A stretch of 64,000 bases of DNA from the human T2T-CHM13v2.0 reference genome, Homo sapiens, in the NCBI RefSeq assembly GCF_009914755.1, contig NC_060941.1; one strand, 5' to 3'. The notes below the pieces were generated by a model. That model worked only from the letters and a program-made list of their open reading frames with translations, was not told the origin of the DNA and ran no database searches. Made by a program: the position numbers and the translations under genes. Shown piece after piece: positions 32,927 to 55,245 of the stretch (within the stretch, counting starts at the first letter, position 1; each line of letters starts with the position of its first letter).

Positions 32927-33384
32927 CATATACCACTACAGAGGATGCTGTTAGAATGAAATCTCTTTACACATCTCTGATCATCTCCTTAGGACTAATT
33001 GCTAGACATGACATCATGGTAGCTGTGGGTCAAAGGGCATGCACGCTCTGGGATGTACATTGCCAGATTGCTCATGATCAGCCTTTCTCATGTCAAAATG
33101 TTTTGTGACCACCAGAAGGCTGGTTCTGCTTTTATTATCCATTGACTGAGGAGTAGAAATGACATGGCATGTATGCAGGATATTTAACCATCGTATAGAT
33201 AATCCTTGTGCACAAGTGCATTCTATATTCTTTCCCAATAGGTCTACATCTGCCAGAGTTGAAATAAAATAAAACAAAACAAACCTATTTAGCACCTTCT
33301 GTGTAGCAGGTCCATTCATGTATGTTGTTGTATTTCATTCTCAGAATTCTTATGACCTAGGCATTTTAAAAATTTTTTTAAAAA

Positions 33385-34779
33385 TATTGAGTTGACAAGG
33401 ATTGTGTATATTTAATGCATACAATGTGATGATTTCATATATGTATATATTGTGTACTAATTATCACAATCAAATTTATTACATCCATTACCACCTATGC
33501 TGTACATTAAATCTCCAGAATTTGTTCATCTTATAACTGAAAGTTTACACCCTTTGATTAATAGCTTCCCATTTTCCCCACCTCCAGCCCTTGGCAACCA
33601 CCATTCTACTATCTGTTTTTATGAGTTTGACTCTCTTAGATCCCACATATAAGTGAGATCATACAAAACTTGTCTTTCGGTGTCTGGCTTATTTCACTTA
33701 GCGTAATGTCCTCCAGGTTTATCCAGGACAGGAGTTTCTTCTTTTGAATGGCTAATAGTCCATTGTTTATATGTATTTTATTTATCCATTCATCTGTTGC
33801 TGGACACTTAGGCTGTTTCCATATCTTGGGTATTGTGAATAGTGTTGTAATAAACATGGGGCGCAGATCTCTCTTCAAGGTTCTAACCTGATTGCTGAAT
33901 CGTATGGTAGTTCTGCTTCTAATTTTTTGAGGAACCTCCATACTGTTTTCTGTAAAGGTTATACCACTTTACATTCCAACCAACAGTGTACAAGGGTTCT
34001 CTTTCCTCTATGCTTTCGCCAACACTTGTTATCTCTTGTCGTTTTTTTATAAGAGCCATCCTATCCTATGAGGCAATATCTCACTGTGGTTTTGATTTGC
34101 ATTTCTCTGATGATTAGTGGTGTTGAGCACCTTTTCATATGCTGGCTGGCCATTTGTATATCTTCCTTGGGGAAAAAAGTCCATTGGGGTCCTTTGCCTA
34201 TTTTTAATTGCGTTATTCATGTATTTATTAATTTTTGCTATTGAATTGTGTGAATTCCTTATATTTTTTCAAATAACCCCTTATCAAATATATGGGTCGC
34301 AAATATTTTCTTCCATCCCGTAGGTTGCCTTTTCATTTTGTCATGGTTTCCTTTGCTGTGTAAAACCTTTTAAGATTGATGTAGTCCCATTTATTTATTT
34401 TCACTTTTGTTGCCTGTGCTTTGGTGTTACATCAAAAAAAATATTGCCAATTATGACCAATGTCGAGGAGATTTTTCCCTATGTTTACTTCCAGGATTTA
34501 CATGGTTTCAGATATTACATTTAAATCTTTAATCCACTTTGAGCTAATTTTCTGTATATGATGTAAAACAAGTGTGCAATTTCATTCTTTTTCATGCACT
34601 TTCCCCAACACCATTCATTGAAGAGAGTTTCCTTTCTACATTGTGCCTTTTTTTTTTTTTACAGTACAGTGAAAGCAAGTCTATTAAGAAAGTAAAGGAA
34701 TAAAAGAATCTACATTGTATATCCTTGATGGCCTTGTCAAAGATCTGTTGACCATATATGCACGGGGTTATTTCTGGGT
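33385..34779 (-). mobile_element. L1MA-type LINE 3' fragment (antisense)
   Basis: TTAGATCCCACATATAAGTGAGATCATACA...GGCTTATTTCACTTAGCGTAATG...TGTGGTTTTGATTTGCATTTCTCTGATGATTAGTG; the - strand ORF 33636-33941 resembles the ORF2 C-terminus (KIWKQPKCPATDEWINK). Confidence 0.85.
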
Positions 34780-34794
34780 GAGCTTGGCATTTTT

Positions 34795-35101
<307 letters not shown>

Positions 35102-36470
35102 GAGCTTGGCATTTTTATCTACCTCATTCTACCGATGAGGAGGCCGAGTCTCAGAGAGTTCACAGACCTGCCTAAGGTCACTCAGCTAGAGGTGATACAA
35201 CCAGGGTTTGAACTGAGATCTGCCAAGCTTCTGAGTTTATTCTTTTTCCCCCACACCAAGGATCCTCAATTCTGCCTTACTGACATCAGGATCCGGTCAA
35301 TTCTTTGTGATGGGGGCTGTCCTGCACCTGGCAGGATGTTTAGCAGCTTCTCTGGCCTCCACCCACTGGATGCCAGGGGAATGCAGAAGAGGCTTGTTCA
35401 TTCTCCCATTTAATCCTCAGGACAATATCTGACATAAATGTTACGTCTTTTATTTTATAAATGAAGAAAATGAGACTCAGAAAGGTTTAAGTGAGTTACT
35501 TAAGAACACACAGACAGCAAAGGTAGAACTGGAAACCGAACACAGGTGTCCACATGGGACAACAAAAAAGTTCACGTTCCATCTTCTTTTGAGTCTCTCA
35601 TTTCAATAATTACCATTGTGTGGATATGAGCTGAAGTACAGGAAACCTGGGGCTGAACTCTCCTCCCATCAGGCCTAGGAGCCCCAGACCAGAACCCCAG
35701 CCCAAGGTCTCCCAGTCAGGCCCGCTGGCGTGAGCTGGCATCTACACTAGCATGGTCTCCCAAAGCTGCAGGGATGCCAGTCTCGCCGCTGATGAAGAAA
35801 ATGAAGGGCATTTGCTTCTCATGCAGGCTGTCGGGATTTAACACAGATTCCTTTTCTTGCTCTCTTCTCCCATAGCACAAAACTGGGTGGTCCATCCCCC
35901 TCCCAGTGTCCCAAGGCTTTGTTGCGTGTTCTCTTTAATTTCTCCCACTCTTGCAGTGTACCCTACCCTCATCTCCCTGGCAACCTTTCTGCTGTATCCT
36001 CTCGACACCTGGATCACAAGAACACTTGTGAGACCCCTTAACAAGTTACATCCCAAATTATCATTCCCCTTTGTCCTCAGCCAGTGCTCAGGTCCAACTT
36101 GCTCTCCTGGGGTGACTTTCTTTCCTGCCCAATATGGTTTCATCATCTGTAAATTGGGGATAATTAAAGTCTTGATCCTGATATTTGACTCTCAAAGCAG
36201 AAGTAGCAAGCTCAGCCAAGTCACTTCAACAAGAGGAGAAGTTCCTTGTGAACCAAAAGGGCACTGGTCACAAGGGCCGCTCCTTCTTCTGTCAGGCCTC
36301 TCCAGCACGCCCTTGGCTCAGCCAAAGAAGAGACTCAGGCTGTGCTTCTGCACTGTTGGGATAACATAGGCCTCTTCCATGTGGTTCCACACCAGGAACA
36401 TGGGGACAATCAGACCTCTCCCAGTGTGGGCATAAGGATACAAGATCATGTCAATATTGACATTCATAAT

Positions 36471-36775
36471 GGCTGGGCGCAGTGGCACACGCCTGTAATG
36501 CCAGCACTTTGGGAGGCTGAGGTGGGCAGATTGCTTGAACCCCAGAGTTCGAAACCAGCCTGGGCGACTTGGCAAAACCAGTCTCTACTGAAAATACAAA
36601 CAATTGGCTGGGCTTGGTGGCGCACACCTGTAGTCTCAGCTACTTGGGAGGCTGAGGTGGGAGGATTGCTCAAACCCAGGGAGGTTGAGGCTTCAGTGAG
36701 CTATGATGGCACTGCTGTACTCCAACCTGGGCAACAGAGTGAGGCCCTGTCTCAAAACAAAAACAAAGACAAAAC
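36471..36775 (+). mobile_element. AluJ-type element
   Basis: GGCTGGGCGCAGTGGCACACGCCTGTAAT...GAGTGAGGCCCTGTCTC followed by a (CAAAA)-type tail. Confidence 0.85.
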
Positions 36776-36989
36776 AACATTCATAATAGTAGCAATAGCT
36801 ACTATGTGCCAAGCCCAGGCACCTCTTCGAGTCTTTGCTGTCACCCTATCAGGTAAGCGTGCTTAGAAGTTACACGAAGCACACGGCTCAGTGTTTGGCC
36901 CATGGTAAGGGCCTAAAAAGGGATAGCCCCAGTGGTGGGGATGCTGCTGCTGCTGACCATTAACCCCAGTCTGCTCCACCTTCTTCCAG

Positions 36990-37121
36990 GCAGTCTGTGA
37001 GATGTTTCATGTCCGAGGCAAACAGCACATTCAGATCCCCAAGCTCTACACCTCCAGTGTGACCAGGCACCTGCACCACTTCAGGCTCATGCAGGACTCA
37101 CAGCCTTTGGACCTCAGCTAA
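36990..37121 (+). pseudogene. NOS2: NOS2 pseudogene exon (exon-18-like, FMN/FAD linker region)
   Basis: CAG acceptor, then [43 protein letters not shown] versus NOS2 [44 protein letters not shown]; TAA at 37119-37121, no GT donor at the expected place. Confidence 0.9.
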
Positions 37122-37922
37122 AGGACTTGCTTCTCTTCAGCGCACGGGGCTTGTTTGTGTTGGTGTCTGAGCCCTGAGCCCATGGTCAAGGAGACCCCCA
37201 GGTCTTTCTGAACAGAGACAGCTGGCCTGGGGGCCTCCCTCTCACTGCGTGCAAGAGGCTGTTAGGGTGCAAGACTCAAGGCGCTGAGGGAGGCTGTTTC
37301 AGGAGGGAGCCCCAGGAGGGTGGTGGAGACAGAAGGGGGCAGCATCTGCCGAGGCCCTACTGTGTGCCTGGCACCGTGTGGGGTTTCTGGCCCATATGGG
37401 CTAAGTGACCCTGCACACTCCTCTTAGGAGAGAGGCTCAGATGGAGAAATTGCAGTTCAGGAAGGTGAAGCAAGCTGCTAGCCTGTGGCCATGTTGGGAT
37501 CTGGGCCTCAGCCTTCCAGCCACGAAGGCAGCCAAGTGTCATGAAGAAGGCATCACAGAGGCAATTCCAGGCTGTAGTGGTGAACTTTCCACTCTGCATC
37601 CCCGGGTGCTGTGCCCTGTGCCCTGTCTAAGGTAGCCCTGTGGGTTTCTATATGTTTAAATTGTCCCCAGCATCAATGATGCTCTCCTGTGGATCCCAAG
37701 CCATGGAGATGTCCTGGGACTTTTCATTTTTAGGTACCTAAATTGAATTTCCCAACACACAGAAGCAAGACAGCCGCCCTAACAGACTCTTGCATGCAGT
37801 GAGAGGGAGGCCGCCAGGCCAGCTGTCTCTGTTCAGAAAGACCTGGGGGTCTCCTTGACCATGCGCTCAGGGCTCAGACCCCAACACAAACAAGCCCCGT
37901 GTGCTGAAGAGAAGCAGGTCCC

Positions 37923-38032
37923 TTAGCTGAGGTCCAAAGGCTGTGGGTCCTGCATGAGCCTGAAGTGGTGCACGTCCCTGGTCACATTGGAGGTGGAGAG
38001 CTTGGGGATCTGAATGTGCTGTTTGCCTTGGA
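37923..38032 (-). pseudogene. NOS2: Second, inverted, 5'-truncated copy of the NOS2 exon-18-like segment
   Basis: - strand [35 protein letters not shown]; lies within the inverted repeat arm 37777-38032. Confidence 0.88.
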
Positions 38033-38211
38033 TCTTTATTTGTGATTCAGAAACAGTGGAATAAAAGGAAAGGAAAGAAAACCGGAATGGCCACCTCAGC
38101 AGGATGCTCCAAGGGTAGTGTCCAGGTGGCACTGACTCAGATATGTGGGGGCTTCCCCCACCCATGCTCAAGAGCCACTTTGCCATTTCACCATCTCTCT
38201 GTCCTCCACAC

Positions 38212-38288
38212 CCCTCAGCAGCAAGCACAACAAGAATGTGTTCACCATGAAGCTCAAATCTCAGCAGAATCTAGAGTCTGAAATCCAA
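38212..38288 (+). pseudogene. NOS2: NOS2 pseudogene exon (exon-19-like)
   Basis: [20 protein letters not shown] versus NOS2 LSSMHAKNVFTMRLKSRQNL; acceptor reads CAC instead of CAG; GTAAGG donor retained at 38289. Confidence 0.85.
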
Positions 38289-39171
38289 GTAAGGGAAAGT
38301 GTAGAGCTTCTTGGATGATGCCCTGTCAATTTTATTTTAACGAATGAAAGACCAGAAGAAGTCAGTCTTGAAAGGAGAGGACAGGAGCATCTGCTGGCAT
38401 TAGCAGCCGTGCCATCGTAGGACCGACTCACCTGGACCCGCGGCCACCTGTGCTTTTACATCTAGTCTTGGTTAACCATGGGCCACTTTTCCAGCTTGGA
38501 AACTAAGCATATGCTCCACTTCCTCTCCTTCCTCATTGAACTCTTTCACTAAAAGAACAGTGCAAGAGAGACTTAAACTGTTTGCCTCATTCTTAAGACC
38601 TTTCAGGAAAAGTGTTGGCAGGGAAGGAAATCTCCCAGCTCTGGGAAACAGTCTTGTGGATTATCTGCTGGTTTCATTGATCTGTGCTGTCCTCCCTGCA
38701 TTCATTAGGAAAACTGGCCTTGGTTCAAATAAGAACAGGATTTGTCCTGGTGACAGAGAAAGGTTTCTTCTGATGTCCATATATCTCCGAGGGGGATGCT
38801 TTCTCCAGGCAGAGGCTGTGGCCAAGCGATCGGGGGGCTCAGAGGGCTGCTGGGAAGGGGTGGGCCCCTCTCTCCCCAGAGGGAAACTCCTGGGGACCTC
38901 TCGAGCACCCCTGCCCATCCTTTAAACATAAATTCATAAATACAAACAAGTAGGCCATTCACAGAAATATATAAAATATGTCATAGGACGGGTGGCACTC
39001 TCATATGGCAATAATTATGACAGGGGCCGGCAAATGACCTGAGTGACCCGGAGTGACCTGAGCACTGACTCCCAAATGCCCTCCATAGGATGTTCTGCAT
39101 CCCCGAGACCCTTTCCTGGGTCCTCCTGGGCCCTACCACCCCCTAGACCATCCAGACCTCAGGTCATCCCC

Positions 39172-39276
39172 CTGTCTGTTGACAGAGTAGTCTCCGTTCC
39201 TGAATGTGCTGGTCACCAGCAACAGCAGCTGCTCCTCCTCCAGGAAGCTCAGCCTATACTTCTACATGCAGAGAAC
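39172..39276 (-). pseudogene. NOS2: NOS2 pseudogene exon (exon-15-like, FMN domain)
   Basis: 105 nt after an intact CAG acceptor: VLCM*KYRLSFLEEEQLLLLVTSTFRNGDYSVNRQ versus NOS2 [35 protein letters not shown]; in-frame TAG; donor reads GG. Confidence 0.88.
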
Positions 39277-40644
39277 CTGGACGGCACCCAGGTGGACCTA
39301 AGCCTTCAGCTCCCAGTAGACGCTCTGGGTTTCCTACCCTGCCCAGACACTCTGGGCTTCCCCCCACACCTCCCCTCGTCCGGGGCTCCTGTGTGCATCT
39401 GTCTCTCCCAGTGCCCAGCACAGGCGTGGAACGGAAGAGGTGAATGGACCGATTTGAACACATCATCCTGGATTCTCCGTTCCCTCTCAAGCCCTGCAGC
39501 TAACCCATCGGCAAGCCCTGGAGGCTCTTCCTCCAAAATCCTGCCTATCCCATGTGCAAACGCCTCTCACCATGTCCACTGCTATTTGCAGTTCTGTGTG
39601 TGTGGAAATACTTCCACCAATTTGGAATGAACAGGTCACAGCTGTGCCTGGAGGGAATGCCCAGGGAAATGTGCCTTCGCCTTGCTGTTCTATCCAGGCC
39701 CACCCAGCTGAGGATGGGGGACCTGCCACCACTCTCCTGGCAGTTCCGGACTCCTGGGAACCGGCAGGTGAGGACCCAAGAGTGTTTTCAGTGACCCGGC
39801 TGACCTGGTCATCCGTCAGTCCCACCTTGGCCTAGGCCTCTATACAGCACAGATCACAGCTCATTCCATCCTGGCATTACACTGGCCTGTGCCCTGTCCT
39901 CAGGGTCACATCCGTCTCCCAGAAGCCGTGCAACCCTGGAAAACCCAGGTCTAACAGTCAGGTTCCTCCTCCGTGCATTAACAATGGCATTGACGCCTGC
40001 TTTGCGGGACGCTGGGAGGGGAGAGGGAGGTGTATGCTGGAGAGCTCCCCAGGGGCAAGGCCTGGCTCTGCGTCACCCACTCTCAGATCCTGAGAGCCTG
40101 GGGCTGGCCCAGCACGTGGCCACCGTTCCCTAAGAGTTGGATTTCATCCCTCAGTGCTGAAGGCAGGGGATAGAGCTTAGACAGACCCCCTGCATCCTGT
40201 CTTCTTTATCTACAGCTTTCTCATCCTTGTCCCTTTCACGTGCACCCGGCAGAGCAGGTGTTCACTGAGCTTGAGCAAAATTCAAGCTAGAGCAGCTGAT
40301 GGATCTTGAGGCCTAGATTCACTGTCAAAGTGTTTCTCAAACGGTGCTCTCCAGAACACCAAGGAAAACTCATTTACTCTATAAGTCTGAAAATCCCTGC
40401 CCACCGGTCTACCTTTGTGTATGAGCAATCAGCTCTACCATTCAGCCCAGGTGTGTGTTTGCTGGACCATGTGGAGGAAGCTGAAGAGACATGAGCTGAA
40501 GGCAGAGGGTGAGTCCAAGGTGGGATCTTGGGACAGGTACGAGAAGTTAGGCAAAAATGGGATAATTCTAGCCTTCATAACCTTAGATAATAGTTCACAT
40601 TATTATTTAGTTAATAGAATTGTACCCACATTAAATTTCTCAAA

Positions 40645-40943
<299 letters not shown>

Positions 40944-41073
40944 TAAATTTCTTATGTGCCATGGGACTGCAAAACATCATTATTAGGGGCAGCTGGATGG
41001 AAGGTATAGGAGGACACTATAGTGCCTTTTCAATATTTCTGTCTAAAATCTAAAAGCATTTCAACAGGAAACA

Positions 41074-41079
41074 TTTATT
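41074..41079 (-). terminator. TBC1D3 polyadenylation signal
   Basis: TTTATT on + equals AATAAA on -, ~290 nt downstream of the TAG stop; the first such hexamer I found after the stop. Confidence 0.8.
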
Positions 41080-41370
41080 TCAAAACGTGAAGGTAGTTAT
41101 CCTTCCATGAGTTTAAAGTACAAAGGCAGGCTCACGGTGTCGTCAGAATTCAGAACGATGGTCGTGGGGCTTGGGGTGCTGGGAGGGGCTGGGCATGGTT
41201 GGCTTTGTGATCTGGGGTCTGGTGTGTTCCATCTCTGAATGTCTCTCAAGCTGCACTCTTTCTTAATACATATTCATAAGTTTAACCAAAAATAAAACGA
41301 GGACGCGAAGCTTGCTTGGGTTGTTAAGCCTAGGGAAATTATCCAGCCATGAGCCCTGGCCCAGATGCTT

Positions 41371-50421
<9,051 letters not shown>

Positions 50422-51850
50422 CCTGTGAGACAGAATTGTCTAAAGGTCACACTGTACGCGGCGGCTTCGGAGAACACCTGAACCGCTCTCGCCGGGCTCC
50501 CAGATGCTGGCTGGCTGCGTAACCCCCATTCCACCGCCGCCCCCAGGGAAAAAGGGGCCAGACCCAGTGGCCCACAGCTGCTCCAGTCTCTGGAGTCTCA
50601 AGTCCCAAGCAGGGGTGGGCATCTTCCCAAGGACTTGAGTACAGTGGGACCTAGACAGAGAATCCTGTTGTCCCCCAATGCCATGAAATGGGGACACACC
50701 GGCCCCAGCAGGTTGAATGGTTTCCACCTGCCAAGGGTGAAGGGCCCATGATGGGCTATTCCAGGGATGTGGAGGCAGACTGGGGTCAGCGACCAGAGGT
50801 CTCTGTGCAATCGGCCTCCTGGGATGCTCAGGGCCTCAGAGATGCCCAGTTTCCTACAGGGAACAAGATCTCTCCCGACTGCTCGGTTCTACTCCGCTCA
50901 TCACTTTGGCTACCGTGGCTCTTCTGTCTGAACAGTGAAGCCACTTTAGGAATAACGCCTGTTGAGCAGGAGGGTGTTGGGTTTGGGGGATGAGGAAGAT
51001 CTATTGTACGCATGGAAACCACGTCTCTCGCGGAGGGACTGTGGAGTCCACCATTCTGAGCCGTCCCAACAGGAGGAGGCTTCATTTTCCTGGGTCACTG
51101 AGGAAGAACAGTGGGTCCTTGGTCCTGGAGAACAGCTGGATGGACCGTCCCTCCTGGGAATACTCGAGGCAAAAGGAGGGCGAGGCCTCAAGAGGACCAC
51201 GCAGAGCAAGAAATACCTGGGGAGAACCCTAGTGCCCGGACCCCTTTGAACACAAGGGAAGATAGTCTCCCCTCAGCCAGCCCTCCAGGGCTCCTTCATT
51301 TTCCACAGCTGCCCAAGGGCAGCAGGCTCCCCCGGACAAGGGACCATGTGTGTTCAGTGGGGCCCACAGCGACCATCAGGACCCAGCTTAGGGCACAGAG
51401 GTGTTCTGAGGACCGTCAGTGGATCTGTACCAGTGGCTCTATACCAGTGGCTCTGCCAGGACCAGGCTCTGCCCCATCGGGATGGGAAACCTGGGCAGAT
51501 TTGGGATCTAGGGCAGGGAGGTCACAGGGTTCAGGCCTGAATTCCAGCACAGCACACGGCAGGGCTGAGAGCAAAACTCAGGGTCATGTCCGGATTCCCA
51601 GGCCGGTTACTGCCTCTCTGACCCCAGACGTCTCATCTGTCGAATGGGGACATTTGGGAACAGCACCCACTCTACGAAGCCACCATGGAGACGAAAGAGC
51701 CAATCGTCTACACGGGCAGTGTAGAACGGGCGCCTGGTGAGTGCTCAGGGATGACCCTCCTCGGTAGCTGCCCCACAGAGGCCAACACCGCCCGCACCGT
51801 AGCCACTGTCCCCAAGTCCGCCTGGAGGGAAGAGAGCAGGTCACGCTCAC

Positions 51851-51995
51851 CTGATTCTGATGAATCAGCTGGCCTGGGTCATGCCTCTCAGGGAGAAAAC
51901 CTTTGAGTCCACAGAGCTGCTCACAGATACCACTGCCTGTGTGTAACTGCTGTAGACCACTGAGGCAGGCCAGAGAGCAGATAGGTGCTAAGCAG
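51851..51995 (-). other. TBC1D3: TBC1D3 non-coding first exon (5' UTR); 5' end approximate
   Basis: Ends ...TTCATCAGAATCAG|GTGAGC (strong donor), joining the acceptor TCACAG|G-ATG at 50422; matches my recollection of the TBC1D3 mRNA leader. Confidence 0.75.
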
Positions 51996-52789
51996 CAGTG
52001 ACATTCTGAGGTCATGGCACGAATCACAGTGGGGCCTTGCCCGGGTCAGCAGCGCCCAGAGTCAGGGTCCTCCGCTGCCTGAGGCGTCAACATGCCTGCC
52101 TGCAACGTGTTTGTGCACGTGCGTGCACACGTGTATGTGGGTAAACATGTCTGTGCACATGTGTGTTGCTTCTCTGGCCAGGCCCGGCTGCCCCACTCAT
52201 GTGTGCACCCAGTTCCTCATCACTGTCACCCCCGAGGCCCAGGGCCAGCATCAGAGCATCCATGGCTGCTCCCTAACCTCAGCCCTCCCCGCCCAGGGTG
52301 GTCCTGGGATACACATAGGGGTGGAGGGAAGTGACTGCTGCTGTTGGATCTCAGAATACAAAAGCTAATACTATTACCTAATGGTCTTTTTAGTGTATCT
52401 AATGGTATCGCTTTTTCATTTCTGATATTTTAACTGGGTATTTCTCTCCATGACCCTTGGATATTCTAGCTAGAGGATCCTGTGGGGAAAGTGCCGAGCA
52501 CACAGTAGGGGCTCACTCTTCTAGACATGTTATCTAAAACCTGGTTCATCTGTCCTTCCACGCAGGGCCTAGGGGATGCCAAATTCCAGGGTCCAGAAAG
52601 AGCTTGGGATAAAATGAAACTTCAAGGGGACGGCTTTGACCTGGGCTGAGTCTGTCTGTGCCATCCAACTGGAGTCTCAAGTCCTGAGGCAGGACGTCCA
52701 GATGCCCCAGTGCAGGGCCCTCCTGATCAACACCTGCTCCCCTGTACTCATTAGCAACCTCACCCACCCTACTCTCAAAGCACACTTGG

Positions 52790-53120
52790 CTCTCGTATCC
52801 AGGAGCTCTGCATCTATAGATTCGGCAACAGCAGATGGAAAATATTCAGAAAATAAATTGGATGGTTATGTTTCTATTGAACATGTGCAGACTTTGTTCT
52901 TGTCATCATTCCCTAAAGAATACAGTATCACGACCATTTATGTAGCATCTGCATTGTATTACACATCATAATCTAGTAACGGTCTAACGTATACGGGAGG
53001 ATGCGCATAGCTTATACGTAAATACTAGGCCATGTTCTATCAGAGACTTGAGCATCCATGGATTTTGGCATTCCCGGGGACCCTAGAACTAATCCTCCAT
53101 GGATACCAAGGGATGACTGT
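52790..53120. mobile_element. MER2 (Tigger) relic
   Basis: CTGCATCTATAGATTC...GAAAATATTCAGAAA...CAGAGACTTGAGCATCCATGGATTTTGGCATTCC...GGATACCAAGGGATGACTG. Confidence 0.7.
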
Positions 53121-53582
53121 ATATACTCACTCAGGAAGGCTTCTCATTGGAGGAAGGGCCCGGTTCAGGACAGACAGGGACATCATCCCTGGACTACTGT
53201 CCATCCATCCATTCATCCATTGGCACCACCCTCTAGGACTGTCCCAATGACAGCCCTAGCAAGTGGAGATAAGAAAAAAGACTGGCTCAAATGGTACAGC
53301 TTTGAGGTCTTGGAAGATGTTGCACCAGTATGAGAATAGGGGGTCAGTTTCCTCCAGGATCCAGAAAGCATATCAGGCAGGCTCGGGGAGAGGAAAGGAA
53401 CACGGCCTCTCCAGCAGCCACACAGGCCTGCAGTAGGATGGGGCTGGGGCTGGGGCTGGGGCTGGGACTGGGGCTGGCCCCGTTTATCACTTGGGCCTCA
53501 TGAGGGGAAAAGAAAGGACAGGGGGCAGAGGAGGAGCATGGGGGCAGCGGGTTGCCTAAGGAGAAGGCGCCTCAGGGAAGGG

Positions 53583-53925
53583 GTATTAGTTTGTTTTCAC
53601 ACTGCTATAAAGAAATACTTGAGCCTAGGTAATTTATAAAGGAAAGAGGTTTAATCGACTCCCAGTTCAGGGAACTTACAGTCATGGCAGAAGGCGAAGG
53701 GGAAGCAGGCACCTTCTCCACAAGGCGGCAGGAGGGAGTGAGCGGAGAAGCAGGAAGTGCCACACTTTCAAACCATCAGCTCTCCTGAGAACTCCCTCAC
53801 TATCAGGGGAGCAGCAGGGGGGAAACTGTCCCCAGATCCCATCCCCTCCCACCAGGTTTCTCCCTTGACACAGGAGGATTACAATTCCAGATGAGATTTC
53901 GGTGGGGACACAGAGCCCAACCTGT
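53583..53925. mobile_element. THE1/MSTA-type MaLR solo LTR upstream of TBC1D3
   Basis: GTATTAGTTTGTTTTCACACTGCTATAAAGAAATACT...GGTAATTTATAAAGGAAAGAGGTTTAAT...GATGAGATTTCGGTGGGGACACAGAGCC. Confidence 0.75.
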
Positions 53926-55064
53926 GAGGGTCTCAGTCTATCTTGCAGCTCCCCTGGGGCTGAGGCTGAGTACAGTTCTGCTGGCCCTGCTCTACAGCAC
54001 GTGGGGACTCTGCCTGTGTGCCCCCATCTGCTCTTCCTGGGGATGGTGGCTGCTTCCTCAAGAGGAGGGTGGATCTGCTCTCCTGCCCACCCCTCTCCAG
54101 GGCCTTTTGGAGCCCTGGCCACGTCCTCCCCAGGTAAGGGCAGGAAACCGGGCTCCTTGCCCTTCTTGCTGCTTGGGTGACAATCCTGGGGTCATCCATA
54201 GGCCCCAACACTGTTCCCGCTTCTAAATGGAGGGTATTTTGGCACATCTTCCTGGCGGGGTCCGGGGCCTCATCCCTGTTATTTATTCTATCTTGGTAAA
54301 GCCAGGTTAAGACATCTGGGCAAGGAGATAGTAGAGTGGCCCCCAGGAAGTGTGGGTGGAGGGCCTGGCCTTTGGGCTAGCCTGGAGCAGGGTGGGAGGG
54401 GGCAAGGTTACCAGGAAGCAGGGCTGTCAGGGCCAAAATCAGGAGGCGGTGATAATGCTGGTGGGGGGACAGGGCTGTGTGCTTGGCTTGGGGTGGGGCA
54501 TGAGAGCCAAGGTTTGTCAGCACGCAGAGGGGTGGCTGACTCATGGACTAGGGGCTATGGAACCCAGAGGCTGCCCTTAGTTCCTGGATCCTGGGAGACT
54601 TCTGGAGCCTGGGTGTGGGGCAGCCTAGGGGTGGAGGTGGGGCAGACAGGGGTAGGGGTAGGGGTAGGACTTGCATGGCAGGGTGCAGGGTAGGAAACCA
54701 GCCAGGGGCCAGTTTGCATTGGCGGCTCCCATCCCCATCCCCACCCCCAAGCCCACCCCTACCCCCACCCTGCTGCAGAGATGGGCCTGGGCTGCTGTCC
54801 TCTGCTTTGGCCTCAGCAGATCACACGATGGAAGCTGGCAGCCCCGTGGGCACCACTCGAGCCAGCTGTGACCTGCAGTTTCTGCTTCCTGGAGTGTGGG
54901 GCGCCCACTCAGGAGAGCACGGCACACCCCACACCCCTCATTTTGAGGATGCTGGGAGGTGGGGACCAAGGTCCTGCAGCCCTCTGCTTGCGCTATGAAA
55001 GGTAGCCTAGGAGTCCTGTGTCCGCCCATCCACGTGGGGCCCCAGGAGCCTGAACAGTGGCAGG

Positions 55065-55245
55065 CAGAGAGATGAGGAGGGTGAGAGAAGTGGAAAAGAA
55101 GGAGAGAGAAAGAGAGATGGGGAGAAGGGAGTGAGATAGAGAGAGGATGAGAGATAAGGAGAGAGACAGAGGAGGCTGAGAGGAAAAGGAGCGAGAGAGA
55201 CAGGCAGAGAGACACAAAAGGCAAAGAGAGAGACAGGGAGAGACG
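55065..55245 (+). repeat. GA-rich low-complexity polypurine tract
   Basis: Irregular (GA)n/GGA runs. Confidence 0.8.

Noticed and set aside
39043-39630. 195-aa + strand ORF
   Set aside because: Antisense to the NOS2 exon-15-like relic; no homology evident.
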